From an uncultured delta proteobacterium (GTDB lineage Bacteria; Myxococcota_A; Polyangia; Palsa-1104): a stretch of DNA of 64,000 nt. Location of the stretch: positions 64,001 to 128,000 of the forward strand of contig CAWAWS010000015.1 in NCBI GenBank assembly GCA_963785725.1, written 5' to 3'. This document shows positions 28,331 to 38,019 of this stretch, one piece after another. How positions within the stretch are numbered: the stretch's first letter is position 1; every line of letters starts with the position of its first letter. The translations under genes were made by a program, and so were the position numbers. The notes below the pieces were generated by a model. The model made no database searches. It was not told the DNA's origin and saw only the letters and a list, made by a program, of their open reading frames with translations.

Positions 28331-28923
28331 ATGCCCACGCATCGCGCCGTCATTCGTCTGGCCACCGTCGCCGTCGCCGCGCTCGTCGCCGGCGGCTGCA
28401 CCGCCGGCATCGTCGTCGACGAAAACTTCAACCCGGTCTCCAACTTGGCCGGGGTCATGACCTGGATCGCCGTCGACTCCGACCGCGGCCAGCCGACCGG
28501 AGACCAGTACGAGTATTGGACGACCACCGGCGCCAAGAGCTACGCGATCTCGTTCGACCCCTACGCGGCCGAGACCGACACCTTCGACAGCAAGGGAAAT
28601 CGGCCGACGCCCGTCAACGGCGTCGCCAACTCGGCGCAGTTCATCCCGCCCGGCAGCTATTACATCGTGCTGGACACCGGACTCATCGCCCCGGTCTTCC
28701 TCGGCTACATCTCGAAGGTCTTCAAGCACCAGTACACCGAGAGCTGCAGCGACTACTTCAACGGGAACACCGATCGCTGCGCGCAGTACTACTTCCTGCT
28801 CGGGGCGGCGGATGCGGTGCCGCCGGACTGCATGGCGCCGGCTGCTTCGGCCCGCCGCTCGCGACCGAGAGCGGGATTCCGGTGATTCCGCTCTACTTCT
28901 ACGAGTCCAACCCGTTCGGGTAG
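28331..28923 (+). CDS. Hypothetical lipoprotein (paralog of 30519-31115); probable 1-base deletion near 28840
   Basis: AGGAG RBS and AGGC lipobox; frame stops at 28885 as read, but the alternate-frame tail GCFGPPLATESGIPVIPL aligns with the paralog C-terminus. Confidence 0.7.
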
Positions 28924-29117
28924 CCGCTTGGGGCGCGCGCGACCCGCGTCACGCGCCGGTCGTGCGGCCGCCCAATCCGCGTCATCTGTACGAATTTCGT
29001 GAAGGATTCGTTTCGCTTCACCAATTAAGAGAGTGGCGGCACTAGCTTGATTGGCAGCGCGTGCGTCCAACGAATTTGACGTGGAGCTTCACCTGATGTT
29101 GGTGCAAGAGTAACGGG

Positions 29118-30425
29118 ATGCGCGACGCGCAGAAGCGGCAGAAAGCGGCGTCACCGCCTTGGGAACGCATCTTCGAGGTCGATTTCGACGCGCTGGCGCG
29201 ACGAAGCGGGCCGCTGCCGTCGGAGCTGAGCGAGCTGTTGCGGCTGTTCGACGGCACGCGGACGCTGCGCGCCGTCGTCGACGCCAGCGACGGTGACGAT
29301 GGGCTGAAGCGCTTTGGCGCGCTCGAGCGCGAGAAGCTCTTGGCGACGGCGGTGAAGGCGCCGTCGGCCGTCGCCGACGAGGACGACGAGGCGCTCGACG
29401 CGTGGCTGGCCGAGGATGCGCCGGCGGCGTCGCGTCCGTGGCTGCGCTGGTCGATCGCGCCGGCGGCGCTCGTGCTGGCGGTCGCGGTGGTGGCGCTGTT
29501 GCGGCCGGCGGCGCGGCCGGCGGTCGCCGACGCGGCCGGCGCGTCCGCGGCCATCGCCGCGGCGAGCAACGCGAATTCGGCCTCGCCGACGAGCGAAGCG
29601 AAAGACACGAAAGCGGCCGCGGCGCCGGTCGCCCACGCGGCAGCGCCGGCGGCGGCGCCGGAAAAGCCTGCGGCCGTCGTCACGGCAACGGCAACGGCGG
29701 TGTCGCCGGTCGTCGGTGACCAGCCGGCGCCGGTCGCGCCGGTCGCCGCGCCGGCGCCGGTCGCGCCGGCGGTCACGGCGAAGGCGGACGTGGCGCCGGC
29801 CGCCAAGATCGACGCCCCCAAGGTCGATGCGCCCGCAAAAGAGGTCACGCCCAAAGTGGCTGCCAAGATCGATGCGCCGGCGGCGAAGATTGACGCGCCG
29901 GTGACGGTGTTGGCGAGCGCGAGCGCGCCGGTCAAGCCGAGCGTCGTGCCGGCGACGGCGCCGGGCGTCGGCGGCAACGGCGCGGTCGAGAAGGGGGGCG
30001 CGACGGTCGCGCCCAAGACGAGCGCGCCGGCTGCGGCCGCGGCGTCAGCGACGGGCGCTGCCGATCCGGCGCGCTACGCGGCGCTCCTCGCCGAAGGCAA
30101 ATCGCGCTACGCCAAGGGACAATGGAAAGCGGCGCGCACGGCCTATTTGGCGGCGATGCAGCTCGATCCCAGCCGCACCGACGCGCTCGTGCCGTTGGCG
30201 CGCTGCCAGCTCGACTCGGGCGCGCTCGACGACGCCTTCGGCAACGCCCGTCGCGCCATCGCCGTGCGCGGCGACGACGCCGATGCGTGGCTCATCGTCG
30301 GCGCGGTCGAGCAGCAGCGGTCGCATTCGCTGCAAGCGCGCACGGCGTACCAGAAGTATCTGACGCTGGCGCCGAACGCCGCCTACGCCGCCGACGTCCG
30401 CGCCGTCCTGCGCACGCTTCATTAG
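29118..30425 (+). CDS. Membrane-anchored protein with Pro/Ala-rich linker and C-terminal TPRs
   Basis: Short N domain (LFDGTRTL), TM segment, KIDAP-like repeats, TPRs ending AYQKYLTLAP. Confidence 0.8.
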   Translation: MRDAQKRQKAASPPWERIFEVDFDALARRSGPLPSELSELLRLFDGTRTLRAVVDASDGDDGLKRFGALEREKLLATAVKAPSAVADEDDEALDAWLAEDAPAASRPWLRWSIAPAALVLAVAVVALLRPAARPAVADAAGASAAIAAASNANSASPTSEAKDTKAAAAPVAHAAAPAAAPEKPAAVVTATATAVSPVVGDQPAPVAPVAAPAPVAPAVTAKADVAPAAKIDAPKVDAPAKEVTPKVAAKIDAPAAKIDAPVTVLASASAPVKPSVVPATAPGVGGNGAVEKGGATVAPKTSAPAAAAASATGAADPARYAALLAEGKSRYAKGQWKAARTAYLAAMQLDPSRTDALVPLARCQLDSGALDDAFGNARRAIAVRGDDADAWLIVGAVEQQRSHSLQARTAYQKYLTLAPNAAYAADVRAVLRTLH

Positions 30426-30518
30426 CCCAGCTCGCCGCCGACGTTTGCAGGGCCGGTCGACCGCGCAGCCGCGAGTCGGCACGGCCTGTGGCGCCACGCG
30501 CGACAGGCGTCGGCCCGG

Positions 30519-31115
30519 TTGTGGTCGCGCCAGCTACGCCAGCGACGGCAGCGCCCGGCGCGTGCGCCGTTGAGCGCGACGCTGCTCGGCGGCTGCACCG
30601 CCGGCGTGGTCGTCGACTCGAGCTTCCAGCCGCTGCCCGTCGGCAAAGGCGCGCTCACCTTCGTCGGCGTCGACGCCAACGGCGTGCCCAACAATAACGA
30701 GCTCGTCTACACCTTCATCGGCGACAAGAGCGTCAACGGCGCCGAGGTCATCTTCGACGACCTCGCGCCCGACACGATGGCCAACGCCTCGGGGCTGCGC
30801 AACTCGAAGCAGCCGATCCCCGTCGGTAGCTATTACGTCCACCTCGACATCGAGACGGGCGCGACCAGTGGCTCGGGCGGCGGCAACGGCAGCAACGGCA
30901 AGAACTACGTCTCCGGCATCTTCCAACATCATTACGACGGCAGCTGCAACGACGGCATCACCGGCCAGACCGACCAATTCTGCGAGCAGTATTATTTCGA
31001 GGTCGGTCAATGCGCGGCCGGCGATTCGACCTGCTGCTACGGCGACCGCGGCTGCGCGCTGTCGACGTTGCCGACGCACGAGGGCACCAAGGTCATCTTG
31101 CTGTTGCCCGAATGA
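30519..31115 (+). CDS. Hypothetical lipoprotein (paralog of 28331); start uncertain
   Basis: LGGCTAGVVVD; shares IPxGSYY, FxHxY, SCxD and CxQYYF motifs with 28331. Confidence 0.7.
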   Translation: MWSRQLRQRRQRPARAPLSATLLGGCTAGVVVDSSFQPLPVGKGALTFVGVDANGVPNNNELVYTFIGDKSVNGAEVIFDDLAPDTMANASGLRNSKQPIPVGSYYVHLDIETGATSGSGGGNGSNGKNYVSGIFQHHYDGSCNDGITGQTDQFCEQYYFEVGQCAAGDSTCCYGDRGCALSTLPTHEGTKVILLLPE

Positions 31116-31157
31116 GAGTGGCGAACGGACGAGCGGCGGGCGAGGACGAAGGCGAGG

Positions 31158-31823
31158 TTAGTCGGCGCTCCAGAAGAGGTCGTCGACGAGCAGCGAATCG
31201 CCGGTGACGCCGGCGCCGGCGTTGATGACGAACGGCGCGTCGACCATCGTCAAGTCGACGCCGCCGGCCACGTAATCGGCGAGCGGAATGATGATGTTGT
31301 GCCACTGGCCGTCGTTGACGTAGCCGTACTTCGTCGGGTCGAGGTAGATCGTCTTGGCGTCGATGCCGAGCATGAGCGTCGCGTAGGCCGAGTCTTTGGA
31401 CTTCAAGCTGACGTGCATCTTGGTCCAGGTGCCCAAGTTCTTCGGCGAGTCCCAGTTGATGCCGAGGCCGACGAAGCCGAGCCCGGCGTCGATGATTTGC
31501 GTCGACGTGAGGCCCTCGACGCGATCTGGATCGGGCAAGAGGTTGGCCGTGTTCATGGCGCTGGCGCCGGTGCCGACTTGATAGACGTAGAGGTGCGTCG
31601 TGACGTTGTCGATGACGATGGTCTGCGACGCCTGACCCTCGTAGAACGCGCCCAGGTTCAAGCGCGGCGTGCCCGGCACATAGGGATCCGGTCCCGGCAG
31701 CGGCACATCGCCGCCGTCGGGGAATGGCTCTTGGTTGGCGTAGTTGTTCGGGCCGGCGTCGGGACGGCAGCCGGCGGCGCCGGCGACCACGACGAGCGCC
31801 GCGACGAAGAGTGCGCGCCTCAC
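31158..31823 (-). CDS. Lipoprotein with CBM-like beta-sandwich domain
   Basis: GTG 31823 overlaps the upstream TGA; AAGC lipobox; DGQWHNIIIPLADY and LLVDDLFW motifs. Confidence 0.7.
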   Translation of the reverse strand: MRRALFVAALVVVAGAAGCRPDAGPNNYANQEPFPDGGDVPLPGPDPYVPGTPRLNLGAFYEGQASQTIVIDNVTTHLYVYQVGTGASAMNTANLLPDPDRVEGLTSTQIIDAGLGFVGLGINWDSPKNLGTWTKMHVSLKSKDSAYATLMLGIDAKTIYLDPTKYGYVNDGQWHNIIIPLADYVAGGVDLTMVDAPFVINAGAGVTGDSLLVDDLFWSAD

Positions 31824-32437
31824 TGTTGCACGCAGCGGGGGACGAAGTTGGGGTCGGTAGAGTCGGTGATGAGCGTCCAGCCCAGCGGCAGCTTGCCGCC
31901 GAGGGCGAGGATGCCCTGGCACGACGGCGTCTCGAGCTCACTCGCGTTCACCCCCGACGAATCGTAGGTGACCGCGGTCGGGAAGTTGATGAGCACCGAC
32001 TGATACGCGGCAACCCCGAGCGCTTGTACTTCGCCTTGCGTCTTCGGATCGGTCACTTTGCCGGTCTGGTAGATGTTCTCGAGATTGAAGCCCACGTAAT
32101 ACTGCGATTCACCGTTCGGCGCCGTGGCCACCAACGTCGCCCAGCAATAAAAGGCGACAATCGGTCCGGCTTTGGTCGAGCCTTGAATCTGCCATTTGCC
32201 CGCAGGCGGGCCGCCGTCGGGGCGCGAGTCGCTGCACGGATCGTCTCTGAATGGATTATTGGGATCTTTCAGGATCGATGTGTCGGGATAAATGCCTTCA
32301 TTGGCGTTATAGAACTTGAATTGCAGTCCCGATAAATCCTGGCCGTACAAATAGGCCGGCGTATTCGTGCAGCCCGTTATGGCTAACGAACCCAAAAGAG
32401 CGACGGTGAGCGACCATTTACGCATGTGGCTCCTCAC
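31820..32437 (-). CDS. Hypothetical lipoprotein
   Basis: ITGC lipobox; GTGA overlaps with both neighbours; EGIYPDTSILKDPNNPF. Confidence 0.75.
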   Translation of the reverse strand: MRSHMRKWSLTVALLGSLAITGCTNTPAYLYGQDLSGLQFKFYNANEGIYPDTSILKDPNNPFRDDPCSDSRPDGGPPAGKWQIQGSTKAGPIVAFYCWATLVATAPNGESQYYVGFNLENIYQTGKVTDPKTQGEVQALGVAAYQSVLINFPTAVTYDSSGVNASELETPSCQGILALGGKLPLGWTLITDSTDPNFVPRCVQQ

Positions 32438-35400
32438 AGGCTAAGACGCACATAAGCGCCGATTTCGTATTCGAGACCGGCCGGGCCGGCCACCATCGGA
32501 GTGATGTAGTTCTCCGAAAATTGGTCGAGCGTACGCACTTGCGCGCGCAGACCGATTCGCGTGCCCAGCCATCCCGGGATGAGCGACGTGACCCCGTAAG
32601 ACAGGTCGGTGTACCACTGCACGGGGAACGTCAGGTTGAAGTCGCGCTGGTAATCGTAAGGACCCCAGTCATTGAAGCGCAATTGATTCCACCAGAGCCA
32701 GCTGTTGACCCAGATCTTTACCTCGCCGCCGACGCGATTGACGAGGCGGTCGCTAATGCCGCTCGACTGCTGCTGCCCGCCGAAGAGCATGCCGGCGATG
32801 CGCACGCGATAGCGCGGGTTGGCTACGAAGCGGAACGTGACGTCCCAAACGTCGTGCGCTTTGGGCGCGCCGCCGAACGGCACCAGCGAGCCGTTGGCCA
32901 AGATGCCGATGCCCGAGTCCTGCGACGTCGGCTGATGGCGATAGATGCCGTCGAGCGAGCAGGCGAAATGCGCGTCTTCGCGCAGCTCGCGATCCCAGTT
33001 CCAAAACCACGTCGCCGGCGTCGGGTCGTATACGAGCAGGAGCTCGGCGCCGACCGTCTCGCGATTGTCGCGCACGGCGAACGGATCGCTCAACACGTTG
33101 CGCGGCGCGACGCCCGGATAATAGAGCCCGCTGCTCTGGCTGAAATAGTCGGGAATCGACGGATTGGGGCCGATGAGCGGCTTTTGATAGAGGACTTTGG
33201 GCGCGACTTGGAACGGCCCAAAGCCCGCCGTCAAACCGGTCTCGCCGCCGAAATGGTTACCGCGGCCGCTCTCTTTCATCTGCCAATCGGTGAGCGTAAT
33301 CGTCGGATCGGGACCGCCGTCGGCGACGAGGCCGCGATATTGCGCCTGCAGGAACCAGCGCACGCGGTCGAAGTCGACGGTCAGCTTGGCTTTGGCGCCG
33401 AGCGCGTCGAGCCATTGAATCTTGTCGCGCATGACGTCTTCGCCGCTGTCCTGATAGCCGCGGCCATTGTCGTGCTTGACCCACACGAACGGCGTGCCGA
33501 CCTTGGTCTCGCCGGCCAAGATGCCGCCGAGCTGCAAGAGGACGCGCGGCAGATGCACTTCGATGCCGGCCGTCGTGCGCCGCGTCGGCGGCTCGCGGAT
33601 GACGGCGGAGGTCTGCGTGCCCGAGCCGTGCGCGATATCCTCTTCGTGCATGATCGTCGCGGTGATGGCGCCGAACGTGCGCGAATATTTGCCGATGACC
33701 TCCGGGTTGGCGCCCCAGTAAATCTCCGGGCCAATCGCTATCTTCAAACCCTCGAAGAATTGATGACCGGTGATGACGCCGCCAAACGGCGCAGTGCCGT
33801 TATAAATATCGAGGTTCGGTCCGTAATAGGCGTTTCGATAGAGGTAGAATAAGTCGCCCTCTTCGCCCCAGTGATAGTGGCCGGTGCGGTAATAACCGTC
33901 GATCGTGAACCACCTTTGATCGATCTTGAACTCCGCTTGATAGATGGCGACGCGCGACAGAGCGGTCGCCTGCTGCTGCGCCGTGAGCCCGCCCGTCGTC
34001 GTCGTCGCCGTCGTGCCCGCGGTCGTCGTCGTCGTCGTCGTCGTGCCGGCGGGCGGCGTCGTCGTCAAGTTCGTCGGCGCCGCGACGACGCGGCCGCGGT
34101 TCTCGTAGAAAATAGGATCGAGGCGGTTCTCGGCGACGTTGCCGAGAATATTGACCGAGACACGCGCGTAGACCTTCGCCGACGGCTGCAGCACGAAGTC
34201 GGTATAGAGCGACTCGGTATGATCGAACACCGTCGTCGGCCCGCGCACCGTATATTGGTTGCCGCGGCTGGCCGACGCGTCGAAGTTCAAACGCACATTC
34301 GACAGCTTGAGCCACTCGAGGACATTGATGCGCGCCAGCGCTTCGTTCGACTGATAACGCGGCTCGAACTCGCTGATGTGTATTTGCGAGAAGAACGAGC
34401 GAATCTTGTCGAGCGTCGTCTCCGGCGCATAAGGATCGAGCTTGAAGGCCGCTTGCAGGACGTAATAGGCCGTGCGCGGACGGACACGATAGAGCCCGCG
34501 TGCATCGGAGTGGCCGAGCGCGGTAATGCCGAACCACTCCTCGTTCATATTGTTTTCGCCGGGCTGATAATCGAACGGATATCCGGCGTTCGACCAGGTG
34601 GCGATGGTGTCGTGGACCTCGAGGTTCTTCTCTTGTCCGACTTTCCACCAGCCGTCGACCCATTGGAAGATGAAGCCGCCGATGGCGTTCTGCGTGCGCC
34701 CTTTGCCGTAGCTCTGCTCGTAAATCTCTTCCCACTGCGCCAATTCGATATCGGCCTGCGCCTGCGCGTCCTCTTGTCCGGTCTTGGCGTTGAATGCGTC
34801 GGAGCCGAACTCGGAATACATGACCGGGATATTGCCGAGGTGCTGCTTGACCTGATCGAAGAGGTCGCGCGACGTCGGTCCGCGATAGACGTTGGTGCCG
34901 AAGATGTCGAGCCCCTTACAGAACTTCGCGATCAAGTCGAGATAGCCGGCGTCGCCGTTGACGAGCGAAACCGGGTGCGAAGTATCCTTGGCCTTGATCG
35001 TCTTGATGCCCTCGCCCATGAGCGAATACAGGTGCGCGGCGCGCGCGTCTTCACGACTGACCGGGAGATTGCCGATTTCGAAGCCGGTCCAGGCCAAGCC
35101 GTAGTTGTTTTCGTTGCCGAGCATCCACATGAGCACACCGGGCGTGTCGTGGAAGCGGTCGACGGCGGCGTCGAGCTGCGCCAAGATCGCCTTGCGCTGC
35201 GCCGGCGACGAATAGTCGGTATTGGCGACGAAACCGCCGTTTACGTCGATACCGTAACGACCCATGAGCGGGTTGAGCACGGTATAGATTCCGTAATGCA
35301 TGAAAATCCACGAGACCCAGCGCGGCGGGATATCGACATATTGGCGAATGGCATTGACGCCCATGTCGCGCAAGAGCGGCATATCGCGGTTCAACGCCTC

Positions 35401-35616
35401 TTCGATGACGTCGTCCGGTTGCGCCCATAAGCTGTAGCTGTAGTTCTGGCCGATCGGCGTATACGACCAGTTCATTCCCTTGACGAGAAAGTCCTTGCCG
35501 TTGACGACCAGCTTAGAGCCGCGGTCGTCGTTGATGACTTGGATCTGTTGCGGCGCCGCGTCGACCCGACTAGCAGCACCGACGAGCAGGCTTAGAGCTA
35601 GGATATAGCGTTTCAT
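32434..35616 (-). CDS. Secreted clan GH-A glycoside hydrolase (GH2 TIM-barrel-like) fused to a predicted outer-membrane beta-barrel
   Basis: Signal peptide; MGVNAIRQY, LGNENNY (acid/base), YSEFG (nucleophile) and FQWVDGWWK motifs; C-terminal ~620 aa of amphipathic strands ending YEIGAYVRLSL. Confidence 0.8.
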   Translation of the reverse strand: MKRYILALSLLVGAASRVDAAPQQIQVINDDRGSKLVVNGKDFLVKGMNWSYTPIGQNYSYSLWAQPDDVIEEALNRDMPLLRDMGVNAIRQYVDIPPRWVSWIFMHYGIYTVLNPLMGRYGIDVNGGFVANTDYSSPAQRKAILAQLDAAVDRFHDTPGVLMWMLGNENNYGLAWTGFEIGNLPVSREDARAAHLYSLMGEGIKTIKAKDTSHPVSLVNGDAGYLDLIAKFCKGLDIFGTNVYRGPTSRDLFDQVKQHLGNIPVMYSEFGSDAFNAKTGQEDAQAQADIELAQWEEIYEQSYGKGRTQNAIGGFIFQWVDGWWKVGQEKNLEVHDTIATWSNAGYPFDYQPGENNMNEEWFGITALGHSDARGLYRVRPRTAYYVLQAAFKLDPYAPETTLDKIRSFFSQIHISEFEPRYQSNEALARINVLEWLKLSNVRLNFDASASRGNQYTVRGPTTVFDHTESLYTDFVLQPSAKVYARVSVNILGNVAENRLDPIFYENRGRVVAAPTNLTTTPPAGTTTTTTTTAGTTATTTTGGLTAQQQATALSRVAIYQAEFKIDQRWFTIDGYYRTGHYHWGEEGDLFYLYRNAYYGPNLDIYNGTAPFGGVITGHQFFEGLKIAIGPEIYWGANPEVIGKYSRTFGAITATIMHEEDIAHGSGTQTSAVIREPPTRRTTAGIEVHLPRVLLQLGGILAGETKVGTPFVWVKHDNGRGYQDSGEDVMRDKIQWLDALGAKAKLTVDFDRVRWFLQAQYRGLVADGGPDPTITLTDWQMKESGRGNHFGGETGLTAGFGPFQVAPKVLYQKPLIGPNPSIPDYFSQSSGLYYPGVAPRNVLSDPFAVRDNRETVGAELLLVYDPTPATWFWNWDRELREDAHFACSLDGIYRHQPTSQDSGIGILANGSLVPFGGAPKAHDVWDVTFRFVANPRYRVRIAGMLFGGQQQSSGISDRLVNRVGGEVKIWVNSWLWWNQLRFNDWGPYDYQRDFNLTFPVQWYTDLSYGVTSLIPGWLGTRIGLRAQVRTLDQFSENYITPMVAGPAGLEYEIGAYVRLSL
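33994..34065. repeat. (GTC)n low-complexity tract encoding a poly-Thr insert
   Basis: TTTPPAGTTTTTTTTAGTTATTTT on the minus strand. Confidence 0.8.
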
Positions 35617-37007
35617 CGTTGTAGCACTCGGCGGCGGGCGTGCTCGGCGTGGGGCGCGAGCGCGGGCAGTTGATTGCTGGTGATGATATCGCGGAAGAGC
35701 GCGGCCGATTCTTTGGGCGTACGCTGCTGATTCGTGTAATCGACCCAAATGACGCCGAAACGCTTCCGATATCCCTCTTGCCACTCGTAATTATCGAGCA
35801 GTGACCAAATGAAATAGCCGGCTAAGGGGACGCCGGCGGCGATCGCGTCCAAACACGCGCCCAAATGCGAATGAATGAAGCGCTGGCGCTCGATGTCGTG
35901 CACGCGGCCGTGCTCGTCGGGCGCGGTGTCGTAAGCGGCGCCGTTCTCGGTAATGTAGATGGGACCGGGCGCGTAATCCTCATGCACGCGAATGAGCAGC
36001 TGGCGCAGCCCGTCGGGATAGACCTCCCAGCCGATGTCGGTGCGATCGTCGGAGACGTGCACGGTGCGCGGCGAATTCTCGGGCGCGTCCGCGCGTAAAA
36101 CCGCGCGCGAGTAATAGTTGATGCCGAGGAAGTCGGTCTTGACGGCGCAGGCCTCGAGGTCGCCGGGCAGTACGAACGGCAACTCGTGCGACTGCAAGTG
36201 GCCGGCGGTGACGAAGTCGGCGATGACGTCGCGCGGATAGCCTTTGCCGTAGAGCGGATCGAGGAACCAGCGGTTGAAGCTGCCGTCGAAGGCGCGCGTG
36301 GCATCGGCGTCGAGCAGGCTCGGCGACGCCGGCTCGGCCGGCACGAGGTTGAGCGTGATGCCGACCTCGGCGCCGGGCGCGTTGGCGCGAATGACCGGCA
36401 CCGCCAAGCCGTGTGACAGCAGCAGATGGTGCGACGCCGCCAGCGCCGCCGGCCAATCTTTGCGGCCGGGTGCGTGCAAACCCTGGCCGTAGCCGAGCAC
36501 GCTGATGCACCACGGCTCATTGTGCGTGATGAAGCGGCGCACGCGATCGCCGAGCAGGTCGGTGACGACGTCGGCGTATTCGACGAAGGCGTCGACCGTC
36601 GCGCGGTTGGCCCAGCCGCCTTGATCCTCGAGCGGCTGCGGCAGATCCCAGTGATACAGCGTCACCATCGGCTCGATGCCCGCGCTCAACAGGCCGTCGA
36701 CGAGCTTGTCGTAGTAGTCGAGCCCGGCGGCGTTGACCTGATAGCGGCCGGTGGGGATGATGCGCGGCCAGGCCACCGAGAAGCGGTAGGAGCCGATGCC
36801 GAGCCACTTCATGAGCTCGATGTCGCGCGGCCACAAGTGATAGTGGTCGCAGGCCACCGAGCCGTCGCTGCCGTCGGCGATGGCGCCCGGCTGCCTGGCG
36901 AAGCGATCCCAGATCGACTCGCCGCGGCCGTCGGCATGACTGGCGCCTTCGATTTGGTAGGACGACGTAGCGGCTCCCCAAAGGAAGCCGTCAGGGAAGC
37001 GCAGCAT
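35613..37007 (-). CDS. GH1 beta-glucosidase (cytoplasmic)
   Basis: FLWGAATSSYQIEG, YRFSVAWPRI, THNEPW, YITENG and WSLLDNYEW motifs. Confidence 0.96.
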   Translation of the reverse strand: MLRFPDGFLWGAATSSYQIEGASHADGRGESIWDRFARQPGAIADGSDGSVACDHYHLWPRDIELMKWLGIGSYRFSVAWPRIIPTGRYQVNAAGLDYYDKLVDGLLSAGIEPMVTLYHWDLPQPLEDQGGWANRATVDAFVEYADVVTDLLGDRVRRFITHNEPWCISVLGYGQGLHAPGRKDWPAALAASHHLLLSHGLAVPVIRANAPGAEVGITLNLVPAEPASPSLLDADATRAFDGSFNRWFLDPLYGKGYPRDVIADFVTAGHLQSHELPFVLPGDLEACAVKTDFLGINYYSRAVLRADAPENSPRTVHVSDDRTDIGWEVYPDGLRQLLIRVHEDYAPGPIYITENGAAYDTAPDEHGRVHDIERQRFIHSHLGACLDAIAAGVPLAGYFIWSLLDNYEWQEGYRKRFGVIWVDYTNQQRTPKESAALFRDIITSNQLPALAPHAEHARRRVLQR

Positions 37008-38019
37008 GATCGGCGACTCCTTCGGCTGAATACAGGTGGCAGCGCACGACGTGGTCGGCGCCAAGAACGCGCGGCTCGGGCAACAATCGCCGGCAGCGCG
37101 CCAAGACATGAGGACAGCGAGGCGCGAACGGACAGCCTTCCGGCGCCGGCGCGGCTTCGGCGGGCGCAGCCTCGGCCAACTCGGGCGCGTCGGCTTCGCG
37201 GATGGGCCCGTCGCCTGAGCGCGGCGCGGCCGCCAACAAGAGGCGCGTGTACGGATGCGCCGGCGCCGACAGGACCGTCGCCGTCGGCCCGGCCTCGACG
37301 AGGCGGCCGGCATACAAGACGAGCACGCGGTTGGCGACGGCGGCCGCCGACGCGAGGTCGTGCGTGATGAAGAGGATGGCGAGGCGGCGATCGTCGGCCA
37401 GCTTGCGCAACAGCGCGAGCACGCCGGCGCGCGTCGAGACGTCGAGCATCGAGGTCGGCTCGTCGGCGACGATGATCTCGGGATCGGCGGCGAGCGCGCG
37501 GGCGATGGCGACGCGCTGACGCTGCCCGCCCGACAAGGCGTGCGGCCGCCGCGTCAACAGCGCCGCGTCGAGCCCGACGCTCGTGAGCAGCTCGCCCGAG
37601 CGCGTCGTCCGCTCGGCCGCCGACAGCTTGGTATGCAGCGCCAGCGGCCGCTCGATGTGGTGCGCCACGGTGTGCACCGGGTTCAGCGACGCGAACGGAT
37701 CCTGGAAGACGAGCTGCACGCGCCGGTCACAGCCGGCGCGGCGCGGCTGACCATCGATGAGCACGTGGCCCGACTCGGCCTGCAGCAAGCCGGCGACGAC
37801 GCGGCCGAGCGTCGACTTGCCGCTGCCCGACTCGCCGACGAGCGCGACCACCTCGCCGGCGGCGACCTCGAGGGAGACGCCGTCCAAGATGCGGCGGCGC
37901 GACGGCCAAAAGCCCGAGCCGTCGGGCACGGAGGTGACGACGTCGCGCACGGCCAGCTTCGCCGTCGTCACCAGCGACTTGCCTTTGCCGTGCTTCGGCT
38001 TCCCGTCGAATCGCGTCAT
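36991..38019 (-). CDS. Opp/Dpp-type ABC transporter ATPase
   Basis: GESGSGKS, LSGGQRQR, DEPTS, HPYT and GCPFAPRCP motifs. Confidence 0.95.
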   Translation of the reverse strand: MTRFDGKPKHGKGKSLVTTAKLAVRDVVTSVPDGSGFWPSRRRILDGVSLEVAAGEVVALVGESGSGKSTLGRVVAGLLQAESGHVLIDGQPRRAGCDRRVQLVFQDPFASLNPVHTVAHHIERPLALHTKLSAAERTTRSGELLTSVGLDAALLTRRPHALSGGQRQRVAIARALAADPEIIVADEPTSMLDVSTRAGVLALLRKLADDRRLAILFITHDLASAAAVANRVLVLYAGRLVEAGPTATVLSAPAHPYTRLLLAAAPRSGDGPIREADAPELAEAAPAEAAPAPEGCPFAPRCPHVLARCRRLLPEPRVLGADHVVRCHLYSAEGVADHAALP

